A stretch of 64,000 bases of DNA from Raillietiella orientalis (taxonomy: Eukaryota), in contig JAYWIR010000022.1 of NCBI GenBank assembly GCA_036172245.1, forward strand, positions 868,001 through 932,000. The letters run 5' to 3'. Below are positions 1-12,000 of the stretch, piece by piece; position 1 is the stretch's first letter; each line of letters begins with the position of its first letter. Under the pieces are notes generated by a model. The model worked only from the letters and a program-made list of their open reading frames with translations. It made no database searches and was not told the DNA's origin. Made by a program: the position numbers and the translations under genes.

Positions 1-345
1 TCCCAGAGTCTGAGAAAGGACGCACGGGATGAGCGGATCGTCTTCTCTTCGCACGTCTTCGTGCCTACTCTCCTCCTTCCCACCCACCCTTAGAAAATGA
101 TCCCGGTCGTCCATCGTCCATCCACTGCGCACTCTGCGCCCCATGAACCCCCCCCCCCCCCTTTATCCCGTCAAAATAGACCTCCGACGGCTTGCTGGTC
201 GGGGCCGGCGGAATCAGCTAGGTAGAGCCCTCGCTGCTCCTGCCTCCCGCAATCGCGAGAGGACGCAAGACCTGCCTTGAGCACGTGGGCGAGAGGACGG
301 TGCGCCGCGCGCGCCAAGGAGGGGGGGATGGCCCCAAAGACTCAC

Positions 346-3300
346 CTTGTCGGGACATCCTCCAGGACGGGGATGTCGAACGCGTCGGCGAGCCCCGCGT
401 ACCTCGATAGGAAGGTGGCGACCACCACGATGATCAGATCGAAGGGAAGAGGGATGCTCGTCCACCTAGCGATTCTGGGCTGCCGGAAGGAAGGTAGGGG
501 CATCAGACGCGAAAAGAGACACTCAGCAAGCACGCCCGCCCCCTCCCCGTACCAGGCGCACACACACGAGGAGGCATGCCGAACCCAAGCGCACACTCTC
601 CGGAAGGCGGAGCACGCCACCTGCACGCACACGCAACCACGCGAGTGCACGTGCGGGTCTCTAGGAGACGCACGGGGCGCGTGACGCAGCCCGTACTCTC
701 AAGGTTTGTCGAATGGCTCCCGTTCGAGTTCCCGCTCCGGAGAAGCGAGAGGCGCGGCCAAGGAAGCGCACCTCCCTGCCAGGCGAGTGCGGGAGTTCGC
801 ACAACAGCCTGTGGAGTCCGTGGATTCTCCAGGTCGTTCCTCATCGTCGCGTGCGTTGGAGCCCTCCCGGCGTAGCTTCGGAGAGATGCTCTAGAGATGC
901 CAACATCCTGCGAGTGCGGACGTCGCTAGTTTGCTTTGTGGACCTCCAGCGATTCTCTCCGCACAATGGTGGGAATCCTTCCGGGTTTCTCTGCTTTCTT
1001 CCGGACTTTTCTTTTGAGGAAAGGTGGGAAGTCTTTTTTCTTTTGGTTCACCAAGTACTGCAGGGACATTCACCTCCTCGGGGAGGGAGGAGGGCACAAA
1101 GCTCAAGCTCTGTCCTCGTCACCAGAGGATACGTGTAACTCTTCAATTTTTAAGGTGCAACCCCGGAGGGATCACCATATGCATCCAGGAAAGGCTCCGT
1201 AGAAAAGGGTCCGTTCCTCTCACATCTGGGGAGGGATTCGAAGAACCTTCACCCTGGTTGTTTCCGAAGGGAACCCTGAAGGAACCTTTTCCTCATTCTC
1301 TCCGGAGGAACTCCGGAGGTGACCGGTCCATTTTTTCTTTTCCAGAGGAAACCGCTCCTGTTTACTCTGCAGAGAACCGCTAAGGGACGCTTCGCAATTT
1401 TTCTGAAGGGCACCCCCCGAAGGGAGCCGCTCTCTTTTTACACTACAGAGAGGCAACCCCGAAGACATCCGAACACAACCGGAGGGGAACCCCGAAGAAA
1501 TTCCAGGAACCTGGGGGTCATCTTCCAATCCTGACCAGTCAATGGTAGCATCTGGCTTCCACCAGTGCTGCACCCGAAGTTAACCAAAGCCAGCCAGCGT
1601 CATCCAGAGGGGGGGGGGGACTCAAAACCCATGACACTCCCCCTCTCTTATTTCTCGGAGTCGGTCCTCTTCCCTGTGAAATTCAAACCCGCAACGCTTG
1701 GTGCCACGCGCGGAGACGGCAGCCACACGGCTGCCAACGCAGGCGGTTCCGTTCTCGGAAGAGGGCGCTCAGCACTGCTCTTTGGAGAGCTCCGGCCGAG
1801 GAACTTGTGTTCAGGGAGCGCCTTCTGCTTTAGAGAGAAGAGCACCCCTCGTTCGGACCGGGGCCACGCGTCCACCGGGGCACCCACACTCAAGTCCACC
1901 ACACAGGGTTGCCACTCCTTTCTGGCGAAGCGTTGCGTTGCCAGAAGGTAAAAATGGGAAAATTTCCGCGTGAGACACCCGCCGGAAGACCGGACGACCA
2001 GGTGACCTTGCCGTAGGGACCGCACTGCTCAGGAACAGTGTGAGCTTTTTGGCACGCAAAGTGTAGGATCACGTGAAAAAGTGCAGGAAGGAATGCGTGT
2101 GCGGGGCTCCGCGCGCCTGCCGGCGCACACGTGCACAATTGCGAAAGCAGCACCGCTGGTCCGCCTTCCCGAGGTCGAAGTGCCTCCTCGTCACCTCTCG
2201 CACCTTCCTGGAGGGAAAACGTTGCAGCTCCAGGGCGATGAAGACGATCACTCGGTCCTGTTGAGAGGCTCAGGTAGCATCGGCTCACGCGCGATCCCCT
2301 GGGAACGATATCCGCCTCTTCCCGTTCCCGAAGATTGGAGCCGCTCGTTTGCAAGAGTGCGTGCGCGTCTACTCCATGACTTGGAAGGAGGAGGAGTCCC
2401 AGATCTCTTTGTGATGCGGACCTTTCCCAAGGATTCTGTCAGCGGGTAACGATGGGCAGATCCAGGTTGGAGGCAGACGGAGGGAAGAGGAGTAGGGAAG
2501 AAACCACTCGCTCGCCTCGTCGCGGAGGAAACTCCGATTTTCGTCGTCAGAGGTCCTCGTGGAGGAAGCAAAAGATCCCCTCGAGCGGTGAAGATCTTGA
2601 AGGAAAGAGGGGGAGGGGGAGCGTAAGGAAAACGCATTCAGGGAGTACCATCTCGAAGGAGGTGAACATACTGGGTGGTGTTTCGCTCACCGCTCAGCAT
2701 CCGGATCCCATAGAGAAGAGCTGCCACAGCACCTCTCTCGGAGAAAGCGCCCGAGCCATCTGCTGGCTCCCGCGTCGCGCAAGTCCTCGAGGTCCTTCGT
2801 CCCTGAGGAACGAAGGTACTCCGGCAGTGAGCGAGCGCGCCTTCTCAGAGGCAGGCGGGCGGGACGTGCGTTCCACTTTCTGTTGTTTGGAAGGACACCC
2901 TCGTGGCAAGTCCGCGCGGAGGAACGGGTCTTTCAGCCCGACCGCGCGAGCTCGGAGCGCGGAGGAAGCTCACAAAAAAGCAGGCAACAAAAGCAGGATC
3001 CTCACCTTCAGGCACTCGTTGTTCCAGATGCAAATCGCTAGACAAGAGAAGCCGGTGATGACTACGACAGGACGAGCTTCCGGGAGCGAAGAAATGACGT
3101 GGGTCCAAACCTGAAAACAACAACCTTACGCTGCTGTGAGAGGTCGCAGAGGACGGTGCGAAGGGAGAGGGGAAGGAGCAGCAGTCACCTTCATGGCGGT
3201 TACCTTCCTCTTGAAGCGTTTCATGCATCGGGAAGCGCCTCAGGGACTCCATCCGCGTGGATCGTGCGCACAACTGCCCGGTATTGCTAGTAGGGATGGG

Positions 3301-6300
3301 GGGAGATGGGGACTTGGTCACCTGTGAATAGCAGCGGGCGTTGCAGGAGTGCGACCTGGGGGCAGGAAAGGCGAGCGGAACTCGGCGGGAGTCGAAGACG
3401 AACGCAACCAGGAATGGAAGGTCGCTCGCAGGGATGCGAAGGCAGCGGGGGGCAGAGGCCATTTCAACAAGTGTCCCTCCCGGTGGTGGAGGAAGCCCAC
3501 GCGCACGCTCCCTTCCACACTCCCCACAAGTGTCGCACCGCGGCGTTCAGATCGGTCTTCGACTCGGTGCCGGCGCGCGTCCCACCCAGTGCTGCCACGT
3601 TCGAGTTGGGCTGCGCTCCGATCGCGTGTGCTCATTCACGCAAACGCGCATGGCATACGCGTTCGTCTGAGTGGCCATGGAGGAGAGTCGGGAAGGGGAC
3701 GCCTGTCGCTTCCCGCTTCTTCCTTCCCGGCAAACGCCAGTCTTTGCCGTAGTCCAAGGGGCGTTTGTCACATCAAAGACCCACGAGGCTTGGAAGGGAA
3801 GGCGAAGACGGACACGAGGGATCCTGAGTATAGGATCTTCTCATCGTGTCGGTCTCCGGTGCCTTGCAATCACCCTTGCATCCACTCCTTCGGAGTCGTA
3901 CGCGCTTTTTGAAAACGGCACTGCTCTTTCAGATGGCTCGAAGAAGCGGGGAGTCCGTTCACTGAGCACAGGCCCTTCTTCTGAAGCGCAAACTCACTCT
4001 GGGCAAGGCAAGAATCCCGGAGACGGACGGCGCATCCATCCCCAAGAGGTGCTTGATCTGCGAGGTGGCGATGTGGAAGCCGGTGCCGCAGGCGAAGGAG
4101 CTGACCAGCGCATCGCTGATCAGGGAAGAGATCATCCCGAGGCTGAGAAGCCACATGGACAACTGCTTAACAATCAGGAAAAGGAGCAGTTCCTTTTACC
4201 CCCTTCTCCCCGGAGGCACCTGTATGATGGCGCAGCTGAGGGCTACGGCGGTCCCTACCTCCACAGGGCTGTAGATACCACTCGCCTCAGATGAGTTCCC
4301 GGAGTCTGGACCGGAGGACAAAGTTGCTCCCTTCCCACCCACTCCGTGGCTCTCCAGGATTCCTCCGATAATGATATTGGTCACAGAGAAGGCTCCTGCG
4401 GAAGAAATAGGACTGCAGCAAGCAGCACCCTCCGAAGGAGAAAGAAAGTGAAGAGGCTTGGGATGATGATGATGACGAGGAGGAAGAGAAGGGGAACAGC
4501 CATCGATCAGCTGCTTCCATCCCTTTCACTGCGACGCCATCTAAGGGGGATGTCTCCAGGACCTGCTACAGGTCGACACGCAGTGTCTCTCGCTGGAATG
4601 GACAGAGCGGAGCCTGCGGATCACGAAAACCATTATCCTTTCTCTTCCTGGGCAGGAGAATTTCAAAGGGGGCTGGAGCCCTATGTTCTCTCTTAGATAT
4701 TCGGGGAGCTTTCGGAGAGCGAAGCACTACTTAGCATCTTCACCTCCTTCGAGATGGCACTCCCTAAGGGAGTTTTCCTCACGCTTTTTTCTATTTCCTC
4801 CGCGACCTTCACCGCCCGAGACGATCTTTTGCTTGCTCACCCGCGAAGGCCTCTGGAGACGAAAATCGGAGTTTCCTCCACGACAAGGCGAGCGCGTGGT
4901 TTCTTCCCTACTCCTTTTCCCTCAGTCTGCCCCCAGCCTGAATCAAGGGCTACCTTTTCCGACTGAACTTGCGCCAGATGCCGACCTCTCTAAGGATTCC
5001 AGTAGCCAGCACTAGAAGAGGAAAGGTGATTCGACCTTGCTGGAGGAGAACCGAGGCTGCCTTTCATTGGCGCTCTTGTCATGTCTTCGTCGCCTCTTCA
5101 ACTTTTCCTTGGCACCCTTTCCGTGGTGTGCGCATCCTTGATGCTGCGAGGTCGATATTCAAGTCTTGCTCCTCTCCCATTTTTCTTCTCTTCCAGTAGC
5201 ATGGCAAAACTGGTGGAAGATGCTCTGAACATTATTTTTAGACTGCCTCCTTCTCTTCGATGGCGCAGAACAAGGTCGCTCCCCTAGGGGTCTTAGGAAC
5301 ATGTAGCATTTCTAAAGTGGAACGTGGCGGCGAAGTTCTTCACAAGCAGGAAGCCGGGAGGAAGAAGCGTGGGCCAGTCTTTAGGAATTCACGGACAAGC
5401 CACAATCAAATGGACTGCCGTCACGCGACTCCACCGCGCAAGAAAAAGTGCAAGAAAAAGGCCATCAGTCAGCAGGATGGGGTAGTATTGGGCAACTCCC
5501 CTACTTGTCTTCAAAGCATTTGGTGCAAAGCAAGATGCATCAACTTCTGGGTGTCTTTCCTCTGAGGAAAGTGCTGGAAAGATTCTGATCAGGGGATAAA
5601 GCATGCATCTTCCACTTGTCCCTTTCCCATTGCCCTAAGTGCGTGCATGTTCATTTGTCCTTCTCTGGTCCTTAATTTGCACTCTCCACATCGTCTTCCT
5701 CATTTTCTCCTCCTCTTCTTGCACGATGATCCAAAGACTGCAAGCCAATTCGTGCACCGAAGCCAAGATGGGGTGGCTCTGGACTGGACTTGAAACCGTT
5801 TGGTGTAGCGAAGAATGGCATTCGTGAAAGAGAGCTAGGGACAATGATGACTAGCAGACTCAATGGCGCCTCTTTTTTATAGAATTCAGGAAGGAAGAGT
5901 TTGTTTAAACATCGATCGCATCGTAGAATTGCATGGAGGCTGTCCCAGACCCGCCAACAAGAAGGCTATGTCTCCCGCTTCCGAAAGCCTCGTAAACGAC
6001 TTCAGAGGGTTCGGCTTATGCTTTGTGAAAGCAACTCCGTCTTCAACACCCAGATCACTCGTGACATAACCATGGACATTGGTTTCTCGATTGTTCACTC
6101 TAATTATCCAGGTTGTCCTTCTCCATCACCGTCATCTTACAATGACTTTTGTTCAACCCATCCGCTCATCCTGGGCACCATCTCTCGTCAGGCATTTCCG
6201 ATCTTTAGTAGGAAAGACCCCATTGGAATTCGCCCGATCTCCACCATCCTGTGAACTTCAAGAGTTCCAGTAAGAAATTTGAGAAAACGAGGTTCTTGTC

Positions 6301-7855
6301 TTCGATAGAGGGTGCCGAACGACTCGGAAGGAGAGTTTCCCCTTCTGTGGAAGGAACTGACCGTAGAATGCGACCGGTCACAACCAGGCAGAGCGCTTAT
6401 GGAGGAAGGTGCAAGCCAAAGGTGGTCAAGCCATGCAGCAGTTGATCCGTCAAGATGACACAGAACCGTACCTATCTGGATATGCATGGAAGTCCCGAAG
6501 AAGGCGTACACCAGTACAGGAAAAAATCCCATGTAGATTCCAGTTATCGGCGGAAGATTCGCCAGTGACGAGTATCCGAGACCTGCAGGGGAAAAACCGT
6601 GAAAATCCACATCGTCCGCTCCTCCATCCCACCCCATGGGTTCAGAAGGACGGGTGGCCGAATGGAGCGGACGGCTCAGGCAGGTGCCTCAGGAAGATAG
6701 CGTGTGCTCTGTCGGTCGTAGTCCTCATTGGGAGGAAGTGGAGCTTCGAGCCTCGACGCCACGTGCTCTACGTGCCGCTCCGCGGTCACTTGGTCACTCA
6801 GAGACCTGTGCCGTCCGCGAGACGTGAAGAATCCGGTCGGACCGAATTCCTCTACTATCGAGGAGCAGGGAAGAAAAAAGTGTTTCCTGTAGTGTGCGGT
6901 AAGGAAAAAAGGCGAGTTTTGCACGCGGAAAGGTTCAGAGGGAAGAAGGGCTCACTTTATCTGTGGGAACGGCAGCAGCAACTGCTCCAGAAGTCGCCAG
7001 GAATGGCACTCCCTGTTACCAGCCTGTTACCACACTTCCTGTGCCCAGGAAGGGCTCTTGGCTTTCTGTGGCAGTAGAATCGCTTCCGATTCCGAAGAAA
7101 TTTACCGAGCCCAGCTCTGAAGTTTCTCCAGCTTCCAGAAAGAATGCAGTAGGATCCCGTCGGGTAATCGAGAAGAAACAGATGCGCCTCCCGATCACCC
7201 TTTCACCTTTCAGTGCTCCCTTTTCGCGCAACTCCCCACGGCTTCTCACTTGCTGACTTTCCAGCGTGTTGCCGAAGCCGAGGGGAGATGTGAGGAATCC
7301 CGAGGTAACCTCCGGATCGCCGGGATTCGGAGCCGCATCCCTGGAAGCAGCAACCTGTCACGACCGAGCTGCCCACCGGACATCGGCACGCACTCCCCCG
7401 CGTGGCACCAAGATCTGGATGCTGCAAGCCCTTCATGTTTGCCTCTCTAAGGAGGAAAGAGGGATTCCAAGGATGAAACTGGGAAAGAAAATCCTCCCAT
7501 TGGCCCGCTGGAACTGAATGCAAGCAGCCCTTCTGGCTCGTAGGCTCCGGAACTTTTCGAGACGCGCCTCTCAGCGGAGGACGAGATGCAGCGCCTTCTC
7601 GGACCTCTTGGTCAATATTCAGACTCCGGTCCAGTGGTCACGGAGGAGCGAACCAAAACCAGGCAGATCACTCACCCACAGGTATCTGCAGGACGGCCAC
7701 CGTGAATCCGCAGAGAACATCTCCCGCGATCCACTCCTTCAAGTTGTAGTTCTTGATCCACACGAGTATGGGCAGGTGGTTCTGCAGGCGCTTTAGAGCA
7801 GCTCTCCACGTGCACGAGAAGCCGCAAAGCTGCTCTTTCAGGGTCCTCTTCTCAC
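346..7855 (-). CDS. SLC26/SulP-family anion transporter (prestin-like), partial: 5' exon(s) not located and the 3' part lies beyond the left edge
   Basis: Exons 7855-7676, 6582-6472, 4395-4220, 4162-3998, 3110-3006 and 479-346 all have GT-AG boundaries with compatible phases (1,1,0,0,0,2). Spliced protein reads ...LPILVWIKNYNLKEWIAGDVLCGFTVAVLQIPVG|LGYSSLANLPPITGIYMGFFPVLVYAFFGTSMHIQIG|AFSVTNIIIG...VALSCAIIQ|LSMWLLSLG...FACGTGFHIATSQIKHLLG...|VWTHVISSLP...WNNECLK|PRIARWTSIPLPFDLIIVVVAT, which matches the SLC26 N-terminal TM region. Confidence 0.93.
1236..1515. repeat. Degenerate short-motif array (GAAGG[G]AACC-like units) in an SLC26 intron
   Basis: Irregularly spaced variants such as gaagggaaccctgaaggaacc (1266), ggaggaactccggagg, gaagggcacccccgaagggagcc (1405) and ggaggggaaccccgaag (1481). 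Confidence 0.35.
2458..2690 (-). repeat. Dispersed repeat copy A (inverted relative to 4717-4944)
   Basis: The reverse complement of 2483-2544 matches 4859-4920 at 58/62 nt. Weaker similarity extends both ways, e.g. ttcacctccttcgagatgg[t/c]actccct. Confidence 0.85.
4717..4944 (+). repeat. Dispersed repeat copy B (inverted partner of 2458-2690)
   Basis: Same alignment as copy A. Both ORF-track peptides share TKIGVSSxTRRAxGFFPTPxPSVC on opposite strands. Confidence 0.85.
5650..6260 (-). mobile_element. Decayed non-LTR retrotransposon (CR1/Jockey-like LINE), C-terminal RT fragment, in an SLC26 intron
   Basis: Ordered degenerate motifs RWC......LNKSHCK, SDLGVEDGVAFTKH and IGLQSLDHRARRG resemble WxxxxxLxxNxxKC, KDLGVxxDxxLxFxxH and LxLxSLExRRxRxD. 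Many stops and frameshifts. Confidence 0.45.
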
Positions 7856-9779
7856 CTGAGAAGAGGGATAAGGTGAATCCGGGTACCTTCGCTGTGTGGA
7901 ACTGGGAGGGAAAGGGGCGGAGGTTGGGAAGGATCGTCAGCGAACAGCGAATGGGGATTCTACCGGGAGGAGAAAGACTTAAGAGTAGGCGCTGAGGCGA
8001 GCTGTAGGGGGTGGTCTCGTCCCTCGAGACCCACAGTTGTTGAGCATTATGCTCGCTGCCAGCACCGTTCAGGAGTCTCTGATTGTTGGGTCCGGCACCC
8101 TCTTCTGAACCCTCAGGAGCACTTCTCGGAGCGCAGATTGGTCAGAGGGGTGTATCCCTCGAGGCCGGTCGATCTGCTATTGACGCGGAATCACAGGGCC
8201 CCTCTGCCTCGTCGTCCTTTCCACCGCTGTCCTCTCCAGCGAAAAACGTGTGCCAGAAAGACGTGGAGGCTTGGATTCTCAAAATGGCCGCTTCCGCTGA
8301 CTCGCGGTTTCTTCCCGGGCCGCGCGCCCTCGGCTCTTGGTGTAAGAGCGGCATGGAGGCACGGAGGTGGCCGAATTTCGCAGGAAGAGCAGGCCAGAAT
8401 GCGCAACAGGATAACCCATCAGGGTGTACGGAAGGAAATGGCAAGGATCCGTCTCTCTCTGGAGCCAGGAAATGGATCGAAACTCGGAATGCCGGGATTC
8501 CTGGGGACGGACGGTGGAAAGCACGCCCCACACAAAGGCCCGGATTTTCCCATTCCAGAGCTATGGAGGAGGTCGCTGCGATCATGTGGGAGGGAAAGGC
8601 AAGAGGGATGGCAGGTAAAGGTGATGTGCTAAAAGGAAAAAGGATGGAGGCTTTTGTCGCATCCCTTCCCGCCATTCGTCGGCGACTCTGGACCCTATTC
8701 CCTTCACCCCTAAGCATGCAGAGAAGTGCTAAGGAAGAGGACGTCTCTCAAAACTCCCACAACCACGGCAGGTTGAAAGTGGGAATTTTGAAGTTGGGAA
8801 TCCTGCGATGGAATACCCCCATGCCCTTTCTATAAGTCTCCCTGAAGACGCTCCGGAAGACATCCAGAAACGCGACCCGGCGGAAAAAGTGTCCTTGCCT
8901 CTCCTCTTTCCGCTCCTCATCTCTTCACGCTCGCAGAGAAAGCCCGAGGGTCCCGTCTGGAGGGGGGCATGCGCCTGCAGGGGTGCGGCTGATCCAGGAT
9001 ACCACTGGCATGCTCTTTCCCTTCCCGTCTCTGCCACCGGGAGGATCCAACGGGTCCACCAGAACGAGAGTGACCACGGGAAAAAAACCTCTGCCTGCGC
9101 TGACCCCTTTCTGCTCTTCTCCAATCTTCACCGCCCACCATCATCTCCACAGCGTTCGGCTCCTCTCCCTACTCCTCCGAGAGCCGATTCTTTGACCCAT
9201 TTTGCCGGCGAGCGCCCCGGATGGCCCTTCTCTCCCTCCCTACCAAGCGAAGACACGACTCCTACCTTTAGAGCATCTCCACCTGTTCTCCCCGGCGCGT
9301 CCCTCCCGCTGGAGACGCGGGTGGAGCTGCCTCCCCGGTAGTGGCCCGCGATGGCCCTCCCAGCAGCCAGTGACTTCGGCTCCAGCATCTGCAGCCTCCT
9401 GCTCCTCCTGCAAGGCGATCCCTTTTGAGATGAGGGGGCGAGATGACGCACTCGGCTTCACCGCCTCCTCCTCCGCCTTCCCCGCGTACCGCGCGCGCAC
9501 ACCCTGCCGGGAACCGCCTCCGCCGGACAGGCGAGAGGCGGCACACTGCAGGACTGTCCGAGGCTCGCCGCACCCTCCCTCCCTTCCCTTCCGGCTCCGC
9601 CTCCTTGCCTGCGGACCACCCGCGTGCGGAGGCAGCCGCGGCGGCATTCGACCACCCGCACTGCACTTCCAGCGAGCCCTCCGAGCGTCGGAAGGGATGG
9701 AGTTGGGGGGAGGGGGCTACCCAGGGGTGTCTGCACCTCGGGAGCTTGCAGGGTTCAACGCCGAGCCCAAGCCGGCAGA

Positions 9780-12000
9780 CCCTTCTCCCTCTATTCGAGC
9801 GGATCAGGGCGATCGTGCCTAAGCTGCACCTGGTGCCTTCACTCACCCCTTCGCATGACCGTCCGACGCCACCGTAGAGTATGGCTCTTTGGACAAAACG
9901 TTGGATGCTGTGCAGAAAGCTCACTCGCGAAGATGGCGCAATCCGACCCACTTATGACACCGCCCGGGACACTTAGATGGGGGACTGAGAAAGATGAGGG
10001 ACGCTCTCCGGGTTTTTCGCCTCATGATCCTTTTGCTCGAGTGGTGGAATCCTGGGACGGCCTCCCCAAATGATCCGGGTCGTCTTCAATCTCGCAGCTT
10101 CCGCGATTCTTTACCTCCTCCTTTGCCTGCCTGCATCTCCTCGCCGCTTCCCTTTCTCTGCTACTCTCCGCTGCGGCACCCCGACCGACCTTCCCCGAGG
10201 GTGCCGCAAGGTGGCAGTGAGAGCTGCCTCCTGGCGTGAAGCCTCGGAAGGCTTTCCCACACTTACACGAGCTGGATGCTCTGCAGATTCCGCTCTTCTC
10301 CTCTGGCTGGAACCTTGGCGGCGTGGTGGCTTTGTAGTGGTGCCGGTAACTTCGCGCAGAGACTCGCTGCCAGGGAAACGGCTCAAATCCGAGATGCTAG
10401 ACCCTTGGCGGACGATCGCAGCCGGGGCTGCTCTCGATTCTGTCTTCCTCCCTCTGCATCGCTCCGCCGAAAACGCCCAAGGCGCTGGGCCACGGGTTGA
10501 GGGGTGGGAGGACATAAAACTCGATCTCTTTCCGCAGTAGCCGCTTCGCCGGCCACATGGACGCGATCAGCGGAAGCCTCCGCATTTCTTAGGAGTATCT
10601 CCTCCAGTATCTGAATCCAAAACTCGACTTTGTCTTTAATATCTTGCTTGACCGCTGACCCTGGTGCGCAGAAGACGCGAAGACCCATCCCTCTTGCCTT
10701 TCGTTCTCATGTATGTGTGTGTGTGTTGTTTACCTTCTTTTTCGGTGACGTCACGTGTTTCGGGGACGCCGTCTGTCATCCTCGAAGGAGACCCGTTTCA
10801 GAAGACTAGATTGAACCACTCTCATCCCACGATCCTGTGAGGATCCTCTGGATCCTCTGGGAACGCCTGACATGCTGCCCTACACTTTGATCTTAGTCAA
10901 AAGTCCGCCTGACATGCTGCCCTACGCGTAGCTCCGTATTGCCCCTTGAGTTCTGAAACTCTTGGAGCTCGTCACCCTCTTCTGAATGTGGGAAGATGGG
11001 ACTCCTGACCTTCGAAGATACATCCCAGTATGGCGCAGACATCCTGTAACATGAAGGACGACCGCGGAGCCTTCTTATGAGTTGTCCGCCATGGGAAGGA
11101 AGGAGTGCTCTGGAGCGCGTGCAGCTCATCTCAGGAAAACATGGGGAAAGTCCGAAAGTCCTCAAGTGCGGGAGTTGCCACTCTCGGAAGGTGAGAAAGG
11201 GAGGAATCCTGACGTGGAGGTCGTGGGGCTGTGGCAGCCACGCCCTCCTCCCCCTTACATCAATTCTCGATCTCCCAGACCCATCCCTATGGGTCCTTTG
11301 GTAGTAACCTCTGTCCGAGACGCTTCTGGGATGTGGTCGCACCTGAGCGGAGACGCTGCAAAGAAACTGTTGAAAGCAGGTAGCTGCTCCTCCTCCGTCC
11401 GCCTTCTGAATGACTTCCTCCTGCGAAGCTCCTTAGGTCAACACCGGCAAGACGGACTCGGTTGGACTGGTGACCTCTTCCGTCGTGAGAGCGAGTGCCC
11501 GCTTCCCTCCTCCGACGAGGCGCCTCAGCCAACCAGCCAGATGCAAGGTCTCTCAGAGTGTCCCCTCCTCCTGGGAGAGCGCTCCTAAAGGAGAAACGTG
11601 TGCCGGGTGGTCCTTCTTGGTGTGCATCACCTCTCTCTAAAGACGCCCTTAGGCAAGAATCGGGTCCATTCCCGACGGAAAGAGGGGAAACTCGGTCTAC
11701 GCTCACCTCTTGGCGTTATTCTTCTCTGTACTCTTTTCTCCCCCCGTCCCTGGCAGTTCACGCTCTCCGGCTCTCTACTGGAAAAAACTCTTCCCCTTGA
11801 CCACTGGGAACATCCACCACAGCTCCAGAGGATCTTAGACTCTCCTGACGGTTCGTCCTGCAGTCCTGGGACACCCTTTGCTGGGAGATTGAAGTCGGAC
11901 CTCCGCTTCCCGTCCCCCTGGTTGCCACTTAATCCGCAGACGGTGACTATAGAGAAAGACTGACCGCTGGCAAAATGGAACTGGGTGAAATCATGTTTGC
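9780..12000 (-). mobile_element. Heavily decayed LINE ORF2 (endonuclease-RT), CR1/Jockey-like
   Basis: Motifs occur in the expected order on the minus strand: SDFNLP (~11890, GDFNLP-like), EEEQLPAFNSFFAAS (~11360, KAxxFNxFFxSVF-like), KQDIKDKVEFWIQ (~10630, GIxGxxLxWI-like) and LHSIQRFVQRAI (~9900, LExVQR-like). No intact ORF. Confidence 0.5.
10864..10925 (+). repeat. Perfect 20-bp direct repeat CGCCTGACATGCTGCCCTAC x2 with a 22-nt spacer
   Basis: Copies at 10864-10883 and 10906-10925. Spacer ACTTTGATCTTAGTCAAAAGTC is near-palindromic. Confidence 0.9.

Noticed and set aside
9266..9856. Other phase-1 donors (near 9266, 9283 and 9847) as the SLC26 first exon
   Set aside because: The encoded peptides are not SLC26-like and 9847 lies within the LINE fossil. 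I cannot choose among them from sequence alone.
10864..10925. Repeat-spacer-repeat resembling a mini CRISPR
   Set aside because: Only two 20-bp units, eukaryotic context, and no cas genes or leader.
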